Under the pieces are notes generated by a model that was not told the DNA's origin, ran no database searches, and saw only the letters and a list, made by a program, of their open reading frames with translations. From Octopus bimaculoides (lineage: Eukaryota), in assembly GCF_001194135.2 (NCBI RefSeq), contig NC_068981.1:32852659-32916658 (forward strand): DNA of 64,000 bases. Reading direction: 5' to 3'. The position numbers and the translations under genes were made by a program. Each line of letters opens with the position of its first letter. Within the stretch, counting starts at the first letter, position 1. Positions 1 to 13,241 of the stretch are shown here, in pieces.

Positions 1-130
1 CTCTCCCAAGTTCACACACAAGGCATTTGTCCATGGGGGGAGGGTATGGCACAAGACACTTGCCCAAGGTGCCGTATCGTTGATCTGAACCCGAAATCAC
101 CTTATTACAAAGCGGGTTTCTTAACTACAC
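1..130 (-). mobile_element. tRNA-headed SINE family A, head fragment
   Basis: It contains gacacttgcccaaggtgcc...gatctgaacccgaa, the reverse complement of the head of the copy at 11016. Confidence 0.7.
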
Positions 131-1749
131 TACATTATATTTCTAATGTCACTTTCACTGATTGCAAAGAATCTACTACCGAACTCTATCATCAGAATTA
201 TTAAACCACCTAATCACTGAAGGTTAACAGCCTTATAGACTACATCCAGTTCACTCCTTGTTGGATTTATCTATCTGCATTTAGAGTTTGCGAGTAAAAT
301 AATTTTTAGGATCTTTGAAAGTAATATAAACAATCTCTCTTTTGAGAATAGTTACTAGGAGTTGTGCTTCCAAGTAAAGTAAATTATTTATAAGATTTGG
401 GGTTTTTCCATTGGTTTTCCTTATGTTATCAGAATTATTAACATAAACTTATAAGCTTCTTAATTTTTTTTATTTTTTTTTCTTTTTCATTGAAACAGCT
501 ATGTTTGGAATTTCTGAAAGTTTCAATATCTTATTGAGATTATTTTGAAAGAATACTTACTATTTTGATGACATATCAGATGCGAATTTTCTTCGAAATG
601 AAAAGTCTCAAAAAGTTACCTTGGGTCCTATATGGGAAGTTGGGCCTTCTGTAAGTTATAATGCACTTAATACTTTTTTATTCTTGAATAGGTGTTGCTA
701 AAATTGGCTTCTGTCTTATATGTCCGCGCGTCAACAAAATCTTGTCCTTCTAATCATATTCAAAGTGCCGGATTCAAAATGCTTGAAAACTTCGCGAAAT
801 TTATAGGTTTATCGTTAAATTTTCTCTGTCTAATAACAACTTCATTCTGATTTTAAATATTTCAGCTTTTGTTTTCTTTTCCAGTATATGTGTAAATATC
901 CCGGTTGTACATTTATAAATATATTATGCGATAAATTTTTCGACAAACGAAAGTATAAAACTTTATGTAGCGACAATCCGAAGTCTCAGCTTCAAATTAT
1001 AATAAATAGATATAGTCTGGTGACATGATAGGAAAGTCATTTGGTACATTATTTTTAATGAACAATCTATTGAATTTACACTCTAAGCAAACAAAGAAAT
1101 TATTCATTTTGTGCATGAATAATTTGTTAGTTCGATAAGATGTGACTACAATAAATTATTCATTTAAAGTATATCACACCAGACAGCTTTTTTATTATTT
1201 TACTAAAACTGTCTATGATATAGTGTTTCCATGATTCTCCAATGCTTTGAATATGTGTATGTGCTTGCGCGCGCGTATGTATGTATACCGAGAGAAAGAG
1301 TTCGAAATAGACAGACAGATATATACATACATAAGTGGATAATGGGTACATATAAGGATAACTTTAGAGTTATATGTGCGACTATTGCAGCACTTGTGCT
1401 AATGTTGAGAAACTGGGATTCCCAAAACCAAGCAATTTATGGCTAAAGAGGAAAATACAATGACAAGGAATTAATGGAACTGTGGAAATACGTAAGATAT
1501 TCCAAACGTTTAAACATCTGTCAAATGACCAAAGAGGCATTAGTAGATTATACTACATTAATGGGGTTTGGTCCGATCGCAGCATGTACAAAAATTAAAT
1601 ATATCCTTAAGAAATAGCCTATATACATACATTCAACTAGCAAAGAGTATATCGCAAGGGGTTATGAAATATCATCTTATGAGATAGCATTGTAGAAGTC
1701 TGCTGAAAGTATATCTAGACTAAAACGCGTTTGATTGTACCCCTTATTT

Positions 1750-3150
1750 TTGGATAGTGGAATCACTGCACCTTGCTAGTGTCTTCTAATAGTCGGTGCT
1801 GTCAGACGACCAGCTATAAAATGATCAACAAAGTATCAAAAGCTGAAGAAACTTTTAGAGAAAAGAGTAAAATTAATTCCACGCATATATTATACCGATG
1901 ACTTGAAACTTTATAAGGTAATAGTCACGCCGTCGAGGCATTTAGAGCTGATCCCCACATTCTCATGAGATACAGGAATGCAGATGCGTTAAGATAAATG
2001 TTCTTATTCGGGTGTCAATCGAGAGAAGATCATTGACCTGATGAGGATTATGGCATGCCTATCAATGGCATGCCTATCAATGGCATGCCTATCTCCTTTA
2101 ACTCCAAAAACTGAATACCACAAATCTCTCGGAATTGATCAAAATGAAGATGTGACGCTAAGTAAAGTGACAAAATGCGGCAGACGACTTCGGAAGGTGT
2201 GAAAGTCAGAACAGTCCGCATTCAATAAGACGATAATCCAATGACTCGTCTTGTCAGTGCCAATGCTTGAACCAAAATTTGAGATACTAGAATGTCTTTT
2301 TGAAAGTGATCTGCGGTTTAGACAACAATATTAGGAAGATATTAACCATCACCAGTAATTCCACATCAAAGGTGACAATAACAGGAGAAATAGAGAGTGG
2401 GACTTCGTATCACATACAATTGAACAGCGAAAGGGAAAACTCTCCAGTTAAAAATGATACAATGAAAGAGGGGTAAAAAATCGAAAACCTTGGGGAGAAA
2501 TACAAAGCATATCAGAAGAAGTTTACGCTTATGAATATAACTCGCAAGCTAGCGGATAATTATAACGTCGAAAGAAAGAGTAAGTCTCTGAGATCTGTAA
2601 CAGATACATCTGACCATCATATTATGACAGAAAATGTTGATTGCGTAACGTCAGTGTGAAAGATATCCATTTCATCGGAAGGTGCCAAAAAAATGCCTGC
2701 AACGTACTTGCGGTAGAGTCAAATACGTTTATACTTTAGACATATGTACTACCTAGGACATCGTTGCTAAAATTATTTACAATGGAAGGATTGGTCGCAG
2801 TTATAGCAAAGGTACACAAGGGTCATACTGTTGGAACGTGCCAATAAAAACAACAATCCGGTGCAAAAATAAGCCTGATATTGTTCTATGAGACAGGGAA
2901 CAAGATCATACATAGCTAAAGAAAGTGTATGATGGAGTATTCGCATCTTTCAGTGGATGTGAGCATCTGATCCAAACTTGTGGAAAACTATGATAAACTA
3001 ATGCGTAACATCTCTCGTATTCTGGTTATTTATTTTCATTTGCAGCAATCATTATAGGTGCAATGAACTGTGTAACAAGAGATTTACATAAAAAGCTGGA
3101 AATGCAGGATTTTTCAGGGAAGAACAGACTCGCATGAGTTTAAATCCAGT
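1750..3150 (+). mobile_element. Degenerate R4/Dong-like (restriction-like endonuclease) non-LTR retrotransposon, RT end to C-terminus
   Basis: Frameshifted remnants read HIL(Y)..DDLKLY, a YKYLG-like KSLGID, DIVAKIIYN, YCWNVPIKTTIRCKNKPDIVL*DREQ and AAIIIGAM. The latter parts align with the better-preserved fragment at 32880-33675. Confidence 0.75.
2051..2093 (+). repeat. 15-bp tandem repeat (tggcatgcctatcaa) x2.9
   Basis: Read directly from the sequence; it sits inside the LINE remnant. Confidence 0.95.
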
Positions 3151-5106
3151 CGATTAGCGATCCAGCGGAGATTTTTAAACATTCTAAAGATTTTATATTT
3201 GAGTTTCCTGGACCAAACATATACACAATCACGTGTATGCATATAGATAGACACACAAATGTACAATAAGCAATTACGCAGAGTCGCATTCAACAGAAGA
3301 TGTATCCATTATATGAGTGCAAGTATATCTACATATACACCCAAATCTGTACTCATTTAACTGATTCACATATAGTAAATCTGTTTGACTGCCTTGACTT
3401 TATGAAGCATCGCCACAGACAGTAACTGGATTGAATTCTGCAAAGAACGTAAATAACTCGCACAGAAAAGCAAATATACATATATACATATATACATGCA
3501 TACATATATTTCCGCATGCACACACACACACATATATACATACATTCATACATAGATGCATACATTCATACATACATACATACATACATACAAACATACA
3601 TACATACATACATACATACATATCAGAATTATTATATGCTATATTATATTTTGCTTCGAACAAAGAAGCTCGAAATAGAATTTTTTTTTTTTTTTTTTTT
3701 CAAAAAAAGAAACAAGTTTGAAATGCCTCACTCACATAAGTAAAAATAATAAGAGGAAAGCAAAAGATAATTAAGTAGAAAAATAATTGATGTTGTCTTC
3801 AAATCAGAACAACAAATATTAACCACATTTCGTCTTTGATGTAGTTGAGGATTAGTACCAGTTGTCGGAAGATAAACGTTCATGTGTAAAGTCAGTAGGC
3901 ATTATCAATGGAGAACAAAGAAAACGTACTTGACTTTTGTTCATATTTTTTCTTCTCTCTACCGACTATTCGCACTTGCTATCCGTTTCTTTCTTCTCTT
4001 CTCTTTGTGTCTCTGTATCTCTCTCTCTCACTCTCTCTCCCTCTATATCTCTGTTTCTCTCTATCTCTCTCTCTCTCTTTCTCAAATACATACATATATT
4101 ATGCATGCATTATATATATATACAAATATATCATTTATATGATATATATATATCGTTAATACACATATAAGTGTATATAAAAATGTGTGCATGTATATAT
4201 ATACACACATATATATATATACATATTGCACACAGATATATTTGTTTATACATATATATGTACTTTTGTGTACATACAATCACACACACATATATACATA
4301 TATTTAGACGTGTGTATTTATATATATATATATACATATTCATGTATACACGTGTGTGTATATGTATACATATATACATATAGATGCGTGTGTGTTTGTA
4401 TTTATGTATACATACATACATACATACATACATACATACATGCCTGTCAGTCTCATTCCATTGTCATTGTTTTTTCATTGAACATCTTATTCTACTTTTT
4501 TTCTATCGATGTTTTTACATCCATTCTCTCACACTCTCTTTCACAAACTCTTTCTCTGACAAGAATTTCACAGATATCAGACTCAAAAGTCAAGATAAGC
4601 ATCAGTTACCGAACTTACATGAAAGCTTTTGTCCTTCCCGTGTTGACTTTTTTTGTATATGTGATTTGTGTGCTTGTTTCTCTAAGTATTCAAGATGATT
4701 ACACGTTTTAGAAACAACATCTAATACGAAAGGAGTATATGACTATTTGAAAAGAAAACAAAACTAAACTGCTTACCAAAAGTAAATAAAGGGCGATTGC
4801 GTATGCATATATAAATGTGAGCGTGAGTCTTTGTGTGTGTTTGAAAAAGAGAGGACGTGTGTGTGTGTGTGTGTGCGTGTGTGTGTGTGAAGGAGAAACT
4901 GGGCGCATATATGAATATGTGTATACGTGTATGCGTATGTTAGTACGTGTTGAGGTGCAAGAGAAAGATAGAGACTACGCAAGAAATAAGGTAAGGTGAA
5001 AGAATGAACCAGTGTATAAGAATAGATATGTGGATGAGAATATATGCTGTAAATAACTTTATATGTACCTGTGTGAGTATGCGCATTACTTGTTTGTGTG
5101 TGTGTG

Positions 5107-5157
<51 letters not shown>

Positions 5158-5590
5158 TATATCATATCATATCGTATACACACACATACATACATACGTG
5201 CACACAAATACACACATACAATACAGTATTATAGATCCGTTTCAGTAGATTTTTCTAATCGGTTTCGCACACGAGCTAGAGAAAAACATTCAATCCCGGC
5301 GCTCGTCATGGCTGATAAGAAGGTTTTGGTGACGAATCTCTGTAGTGGAAGTCAAGAAGTGTTATGCCTGGTTTGTGTGCGTTGTTAAAACCCGGAACGA
5401 GAAAATGCCCACGAAAGATATTCCGACATTTATCTTGAGTTATACTCCTTGCACAAGAATGAAAGTGTGTCCATTGAGTAAGTGGTAACTGCCAGTAAAG
5501 TGAGAGTGGAGCTCGGATGCAATATGCAGTTGACTTGTGTGCAGAGGACGAGATAAAAAGTGGAGGAAGGTAGAGATGTCAATCTTAAAT

Positions 5591-5741
5591 TCTGTTTGGT
5601 AAGAAGCTTGCTTCCCAACCACATGGTGCCGGGTTCAGTCCTACAGCGTGGCACTTGAGCAAGTGTCTTCTACTTTAGCCTCGGGTCGACCAAAGCCTTG
5701 TGAGTGGATTTGGTAGACAGAAACTGGAAGAAGCCCGTCGT
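5591..5741 (+). mobile_element. SINE family A, 5' half (runs into (TA)n and a gap)
   Basis: It has the tRNA-like head gtttggtaagaagcttgcttcccaaccacatggtgccgggttcagtcc, shared with 11016-11170. Confidence 0.85.
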
Positions 5742-5765
5742 GTATATATATATATATATATATAT

Positions 5766-6204
5766 NNNNNNNNNNNNNNNNNNNNNNNNNNNNNNNNNNN
5801 NNNNNNNNNNNNNNNNNNNNNNNNNNNNNNNNNNNNNNNNNNNNNNNNNNNNNNNNNNNNNNNNNNNNNNNNNNNNNNNNNNNNNNNNNNNNNNNNNNNN
5901 NNNNNNNNNNNNNNNNNNNNNNNNNNNNNNNNNNNNNNNNNNNNNNNNNNNNNNNNNNNNNNNNNNNNNNNNNNNNNNNNNNNNNNNNNNNNNNNNNNNN
6001 NNNNNNNNNNNNNNNNNNNNNNNNNNNNNNNNNNNNNNNNNNNNNNNNNNNNNNNNNNNNNNNNNNNNNNNNNNNNNNNNNNNNNNNNNNNNNNNNNNNN
6101 NNNNNNNNNNNNNNNNNNNNNNNNNNNNNNNNNNNNNNNNNNNNNNNNNNNNNNNNNNNNNNNNNNNNNNNNNNNNNNNNNNNNNNNNNNNNNNNNNNNN
6201 NNNN
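5766..6204. other. Assembly gap (N)
   Basis: N run flanked by (TA)n. Confidence 1.
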
Positions 6205-6236
<32 letters not shown>

Positions 6237-6733
6237 TCTCTCCCTCTCCCTCCTTTTCTCTCTCTTTCTCTCTTTGTTTCTCTTTATCTCTGTATCATAA
6301 ATATCTCAGCTCTTTTACCGTTCATGGAAACTAATTTTATATGTGCTTGTGTTGTTGTTTTTGCTGTTGCTGTCCAGTAGACCTCTATTCCAGACTATAT
6401 TACTTATATAGAATGTTTTGAAGACGTGGGTGTTATTTCGAGCGGACCAAGAGAATACGTTCAGCTTCTTTAATTGGCTTGTGTGCCTGAATATGTATGT
6501 TATTAATTATTTGAATTCTACCGAAATAGAAAGAGCTAGTTTCTCACAAAGAAACAGAATCCCATTGCTGGAACTTAGATGACAATAACGGCTAACTACC
6601 GGACATTAGTTAAAAAAAAGAAAGTTTTGCTTAAAGATTATATTTGCGAAATGCGTGTTAACTGGTTATTTTCTTCCTCTAAAACCCTAACTCTGTGAGA
6701 TTATCACTTTGACTTTCATTATTATAGCCGAAT

Positions 6734-6924
6734 ATGAAGACGGCCAGCTAACAGAATCGTTAGCACGCTGGACAAATGCTAAGCGTTATTTTGCCCGTCG
6801 TTACGTTCTGAGTTCAAATTCTGCCGAGGTCGACTTTGCCTTCCATCCTTTTGGGGTTGGTAAAATTAGTAATCGACTCATTCTCACCTCCACTAAGCTG
6901 CCCTTGTGGCAAACATTTGAAATA
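6734..6924 (+). mobile_element. SINE family B with 16-bp flanking direct repeat
   Basis: It has an A/B-box-like head (gctaacagaatcgttag...gagttcaaattc). The repeat attattatagccgaat occurs at 6718-6733 and 6925-6940. A second partial family-B copy follows at 6941-7085. Confidence 0.85.
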
Positions 6925-7069
6925 ATTATTATAGCCGAATGTGTATTTCTCCTGTTGCTGTGTTCTGAGTTCAAATTCCGCCGAGGTATTCGGGTTCGAT
7001 AAATCAAGTACTAGTGAAACATTGGAGTCGATGTAACCGACTAGTCCCTTCCCTAAAAATTTCAGGTTT

Positions 7070-7315
7070 TGTGCCTATAGTAGAATAGCTTGGCCGCATT
7101 CGAGAAAGGCAGAACACTCAATGAAAGATTCCATGATGAAATGAAAGTATGTCCGTGTGGTTGATAAGCCCTCTTAAGATCTGCTGCAAAAGTCACCCAT
7201 CTGTGGAAAAAAGTGTAGGTCTCAAGCAGCACTGAAAACCCACAACTGTGCTGTTCATATTTCAGAGAACAATCAAGCGATGGCTTTGCTCGAAACCGAT
7301 TTTCAACCATCATCT
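7070..7315 (+). mobile_element. RTE-type LINE 3' fragment with C-terminal zinc-finger remnant
   Basis: AFEKGR...ICGKKCRSQAALKTHNC resembles the CGxxCxSxxGLxSH C-terminus of RTE ORF2. Confidence 0.5.
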
Positions 7316-8603
7316 ATGTATTTTCTTTCTTTTTATTTATGAATATTCTTTGTACAAGGAAAGAACTGGTGTGTATGTATGTATGTATGTATGTATGTAG
7401 GGGGCGTATTACTAACTAATCTTTTAAAAAACTATCTACCAAAATGAGATTTGGACTTGGATCGTAAAGATCCAACGCATCACCACAGCGCTTTTGTTCG
7501 TGGTGTTGTGACAATTTTTGCCGTTAACTTTTATTTCGCGGGGTTAATATCGAAAATGATGGTGATGGCTTAATTTAGTTAAGATGAACGGCTGAAAGAG
7601 AAAGCAATAAACGACTAGAATCCAATAGATATTCACTGTTATATTTTGAATTGGTTGGGGTTTGCTGAATCAGTATATTTATGATCAAATGCTGTCTTAA
7701 CTGTGTATCTAGGACTCTGTTGTCTTATGTGTCCTTCATTTCTGAAGATGATGGATTGTGATGTTAAGAAAATTTGGATGCTATTTCTAACAGATTGAAC
7801 GACCATATAGAAGCCTATTTCTCGGTTCGACGCTCTATTATAGGATAAGGCTGAGGAGAGGAATTCGATTAAGCATAGAAATGAAAAGAAGCCGTACAAC
7901 ACTTTACGTCGCTAATAATCTTGAAAAAATAGCTGAACATTACAGTTTTATATTTCCTAACCAGTTCTTGCTAATCTACAAACTGTAGGCAGTTCAAATT
8001 CTGGCTCTTCTTAGCAAGTCATGTTCACAAACTTGGTTTCGTATCGCTAGTTGGATAGCAATGTACAGTATTCGTTATTTCTGAGAAAATAAAGTTGAGA
8101 CTGTATCTGCTACAACGTTATGATTATATCCATGCGATATCAGGACCGATTAGACTTACACAACAGCAATAACAATATCAGCTTCACTTAAACCAAGCCA
8201 CGATGGTGCCTCTATGTAGTCACTCGACCTGCCAAAAAGAATCATCCAAATTTCGCACAGAAATGCACCCAACCGTCTTTAAAAAAAAAAATGAGGAACG
8301 CATCGGATACTATGGCTCTATGTGTTCACTATGTTTGAAGACAAAAAAAAAATAAAGGATGATCACGGCTGGAATGCGTTTAATCATACATTTGCTCGAT
8401 TAGAGCTGACCTGGAGCTATATACAATGATGACTTTACTTGCATCGCTAATGCATTTTTACCATTTTTTTTAGTTTCTTTTCTTTCTTTTCATTTTTTTT
8501 TTTTTTTTTTGACATGAGAGTTTAGATAGATGTCACAATCTCCTATTTTCTCATATTTTCAGGTTTCATGCCGATATGAGAAACATTTTTACTATTCCTA
8601 TTA

Positions 8604-8654
<51 letters not shown>

Positions 8655-9031
8655 GCTAGAAAAATAAATATTACTAGTTGATATATCGATATAAAAAAAC
8701 TGTTTGGGGGTATTTTTCTTCCTTTCATTCTGTATTTTATATTACTCTGTTGTTTGCATGATGTTCTAATAACTGGCACAACAATAATAAAAAAATAATA
8801 ATAATATATAAAAATAAAACCTAAAAGAATAACATGAAAATAACAGTAACGCGGCTAAAGAAGAAAAACAATTCTGATATAGATTGTCAGGAGGATTTGG
8901 TATTTTCTCATCTCTAAAGCCAGTTTATTAAAGGAAGCACGCTATACCATTCTTATTCTGTGTTTCATAGAGCGATTTCTTAAACAACATTTTTATACTT
9001 CTTTAATTGATATTAAATACATACGTACATG

Positions 9032-9083
<52 letters not shown>

Positions 9084-9389
9084 TTCAGACATTGGTGTAT
9101 ATGTGATATTATATTATGAGTAAGTGTATATATAAGTATGACTGAGAAAATAGAAATTCAATAAATCACCAGTATTATTGAGGAGCTGCCGAGGAAAAAC
9201 ATAAATATTGTCCGAGTAAAAAAAAAATGAAAGAAAACAAAAGAAAATATATATATGTATGTGCGCATATAGTATAGGTATGTATTTGTGTGTGTATAGG
9301 TGCATTAGTAATTATGTATATATGCGTATGAGTGTGTGTGTATATATTTAGGAACAGTGTATTAGGTTGTGCGCTCGCGCCTACATGTA

Positions 9390-9439
<50 letters not shown>

Positions 9440-9930
9440 CTATGTCTACTGTTTCAATGATGACGATTTCCACAGAGCAAAGAGGTTAGCTCCCGCTGAC
9501 CCGAATCAACGATGCGGTTATGATTTTCAGCTGAAGCCAATTCACAGAAAATTGTCTTCTTACTAAAAACATGAAAATAACACGATATTATAGAAAATTT
9601 GGAGAGTAAAAAGCTTAGTAAGAAATCGTTAATTTACGCTGCTTACTTTGTTATTTTTTTTATTATTTATATTCATAATCTGAGTTTCGTGTTCGAATCC
9701 TGCCACTGTTGACTGTTGCAAAGGAGAATATCTGTGGTATTTTAGAACCGATTCTGCTGTGTGTAACCCCTTCAAGAGCTGAGATCTTTGCATAGAACCA
9801 TTTATTTAACTGAGGTTTCCTTTTGGTGCTACTCTGAGTATTCGGTTTGGTGATGGCGTGACACATGCGCCATCTTCGAACAAATTAATAAATTCTACAT
9901 GTATTGTGTCACTTTCATTTATAAATCCAA

Positions 9931-9992
<62 letters not shown>

Positions 9993-10432
9993 NNNNNNNN
10001 NNNNNNNNNNNNNNNNNNNNNNNNNNNNNNNNNNNNNNNNNNNNNNNNNNNNNNNNNNNNNNNNNNNNNNNNNNNNNNNNNNNNNNNNNNNNNNNNNNNN
10101 NNNNNNNNNNNNNNNNNNNNNNNNNNNNNNNNNNNNNNNNNNNNNNNNNNNNNNNNNNNNNNNNNNNNNNNNNNNNNNNNNNNNNNNNNNNNNNNNNNNN
10201 NNNNNNNNNNNNNNNNNNNNNNNNNNNNNNNNNNNNNNNNNNNNNNNNNNNNNNNNNNNNNNNNNNNNNNNNNNNNNNNNNNNNNNNNNNNNNNNNNNNN
10301 NNNNNNNNNNNNNNNNNNNNNNNNNNNNNNNNNNNNNNNNNNNNNNNNNNNNNNNNNNNNNNNNNNNNNNNNNNNNNNNNNNNNNNNNNNNNNNNNNNNN
10401 NNNNNNNNNNNNNNNNNNNNNNNNNNNNNNNN
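9993..10432. other. Assembly gap (N)
   Basis: N run after (GT)n. Confidence 1.
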
Positions 10433-10750
10433 AACTAGTACTTAATTTATCGACCCCGAAAGGATGAAAGGCAAAGTCGACCTCGGCAGAATTTGAACTC
10501 AGAACGTAGCGGCAGACGAAATACCTATTTCGTTATTGCCCACAAGGGGCTAGACATAGAGGGAACAAACAAGAACAGACGAACGGATTAAGTCGATTAC
10601 ATCGACCCCAGTGCGTAACTGGTACTTAATTTATCGACCCCGAAAGGATGAATTTGAACTCGGCGGAATTTGAACTCAGAACGTAACGGCAGACGAAATA
10701 CCGCTAAGCATTTCGCCCGGCGTGCTAACGATTCTGCCAGCTCGCCGCCT
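10433..10750 (-). mobile_element. SINE family B, tandem dimer (one full plus one partial copy)
   Basis: The block cttaatttatcgaccccgaaaggatg...gaatttgaactcagaacgta..ggcagacgaaatacc occurs twice. The head ggcggcgagctggcagaatcgttagc is on the minus strand. Confidence 0.9.
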
Positions 10751-11015
10751 CCGAACAGTGAAATACATCATCGAATGGTGTTCCTTATATAAGTTTCGAT
10801 TCTTGCTTGAAGTTACTTTCATTTTATATCGTACATCTCAGTGAGAAAGACTCAAGCATAACGGTTTCTATTTAAGCCTAGTTTTACGCTTTATGCCTAG
10901 TCTTTCTCTCGTACGGTAATTAGTCTTGAGTCGGCTTTGATACAGCATATCGCTTAGTGCTCTGTTTGTTGATTAAGATGGAAGGTAAAAGTCAACTCCA
11001 GCGAGTTTGAACACG

Positions 11016-11418
11016 GGCTGTATGGTAGGTAGCTTGCTTACCAGCCACATGGTTCTGGGTTCAGTCCCACTGCATGGCATCTTGGGCAAGTGTCTTCTAC
11101 TATAGCCTCGGGCCCACCAAAGTCTTGTGAGTGGATTTGGTAGACGGAAACTGAAAGAAGCCCGTCGTATATATGTATATATATATATATATATATGTGC
11201 GTGTGTATTTGTGTGTCTGTGTTTGTCCCCCTAGCATTGCTTGACAACCGATGCTGGTGTGCTTATGTCCCCGTCACTTAGCGGTTCGGCAAAAGAGACT
11301 GATAGAATAAGTACTAGGCTTACAAAGAATAAGTCCCGGGGTCGATTTGCTCGACTAAAGGTGGTGCTCCAGCATGGCCACAGTCAAATGACTGAAACAA
11401 GTAAAAGAGTAAAAGAGT
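11016..11418 (+). mobile_element. SINE family A, full-length copy
   Basis: It has a tRNA-like head, a central (TA/TG)n, the body ...cttacaaagaataagtcccggggtcgatttgctcgactaaaggtggtgctccagcatggcc... and a (gtaaaaga)2 tail. The same body is reversed at 63770-64000. Confidence 0.92.
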
Positions 11419-11758
11419 AACTAATCTAAGCACTACTTTGTTATTCTTGTCGATGTGTTGCCTCAAACCGACAGACCTACGACCAAGTTTTGCCTGTGAA
11501 ATGGTGGTGTATGAGACCTTATAAACACAAGTCACCGTTCTGTTTTATAATTTCAGGAATGCTACTGCATGTGAAGCATCTGCTTGTTCGGTATGGACTC
11601 CAACCATGGTTTTCTTTATCTTTGTTTTTCAGGTATAATGAATCTAAGACAACAGTGTACAGTATGAACTTCCTTTGATAAAAAGGAAGGTTATAAAATG
11701 AGGAAGATTTTATTGCTGCTTCTAGCAGATCATAAAAACATGTAATCAGAGTAGACTA

Positions 11759-12552
11759 CCGTAAATCCTCGAGTATAGTCCACCCCTGAGTATAATACGC
11801 AGGGGATTTTTAGGGGGCTGTACCTCTGAAAAACCCAAACCTTGTGTATAATACGCACCCCTTCTCTAACTTGAGTCAAGGAGGTCTATATAACGTACTT
11901 GGTTTGTAAACATATATCCGGTAACGTCCTTTATTATTATTGTATATATAGCATAAATCAAACGTGTAGCTTTTTTGTGCACTTTGTTTGCAGAAAATAA
12001 AGAAATAACAGTAATAACGTCAGTGAAAAATGAATATTAAGTAAATTGCTTTTACATATTTACCACTATTACAAAAGCAAAAGCAAGAACATTTATTGAA
12101 ATCCTTCAAATTCAACGTCACTTTCAGCATCAGATAACTGTTCTATTTGTTCCTCCGTAAACATGTCAGCATCATTGTAGTATAAATCTGTTATCGTCAG
12201 ATTCATAGTCAACATCAGAAGATTCACTTTCATTTATTTCATCTTTCCATACTACGTCATCCTGAGTACCATCCAGTACAGACGATATACAACACTTTTA
12301 TTTTAATAGATGTTGCTTACTGCAAGTTATGAATGATTCTTTTATGACTTCATTGCTTTCAGGCTTAGCTTAAGGTATTTTCGCGCCCGACATCACAAAA
12401 TGTGTCTGAATAAACATTGCCAAACAGCAAATAGAGACTCGGACATTGCTTAGAAAATATTTTTCATTTTTAACCTCGTATACAGTACGCACTAGGGATT
12501 TTGACCTTTAAATTTTGGGGGGAAAATGCGGATTATACTCGAGGATTTACGG
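11759..12552 (-). mobile_element. Non-autonomous pogo/Tigger-type DNA transposon (internal deletion derivative, 794 bp)
   Basis: The 23-bp TIRs ccgtaaatcctcgagtatagtcc and ggattatactcgaggatttacgg differ by 1 mismatch, with TA on both sides (11757-58, 12553-54). A minus-strand remnant KCCISSVLDGTQDDVVW...DVEFEGFQ* resembles the acidic pogo transposase C-terminus. Confidence 0.9.
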
Positions 12553-13116
12553 TATCTGTAGAAAAGAACGATAAACTCTTTACTCCTCTCTATTCTACTC
12601 TTTCACATCAGCCTCATCGCTATCGAGGTTAGTTGTGGAGTGAAATACATATTTTACACTTAAGTAAAATTAATTTCATGAATGTATATATTATTCGTAT
12701 TGGGAGGATTTTCACCGAAAAAATATTAGCATATTTCATTTCTTTTCTTTTTTTTTTTCTTTTTTTTTCATGTCGGTCGGGGTTGGTTCCGAAGGGAGTA
12801 GCAGAAGAATGGAGTAACAGTTCGGGTAACGTTTCTTGAAGGGTTTTCGAGTTCTCCACTTGAATCTCGAATGCAAAATGTAAATTCCCAATGAGCAAAC
12901 ATAATGATGAAGATGACAGTAATATGATCCAAGGAATTCAACCGGCAGTCATGGCGACGAATACCAAAGTTATTCTGTGCGCATGAGAGAAAAAGAAACA
13001 GAAAGAGAGAGAAAGAAAGGGAAAGAAAGGAAGACAGAGCGAGAGAGAAAGACAGACAGTGAGATTTTTCAACAAACAGACATGCGCAAATAATACATAC
13101 ATATATCTGTATAAAT

Positions 13117-13191
<75 letters not shown>

Positions 13192-13194
13192 TAC

Positions 13195-13241
<47 letters not shown>

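Noticed and set aside
1160-5654. Many 60-170 aa ORFs rich in Y/I/H/T/C/V/M
   Set aside because: They are translations of (TA)n, (CA)n and (TACA)n microsatellites, with no protein family signal.
7639-7902. 87-aa ORF with a hydrophobic N-terminus
   Set aside because: It overlaps a decayed common repeat, with no homology or splice context.
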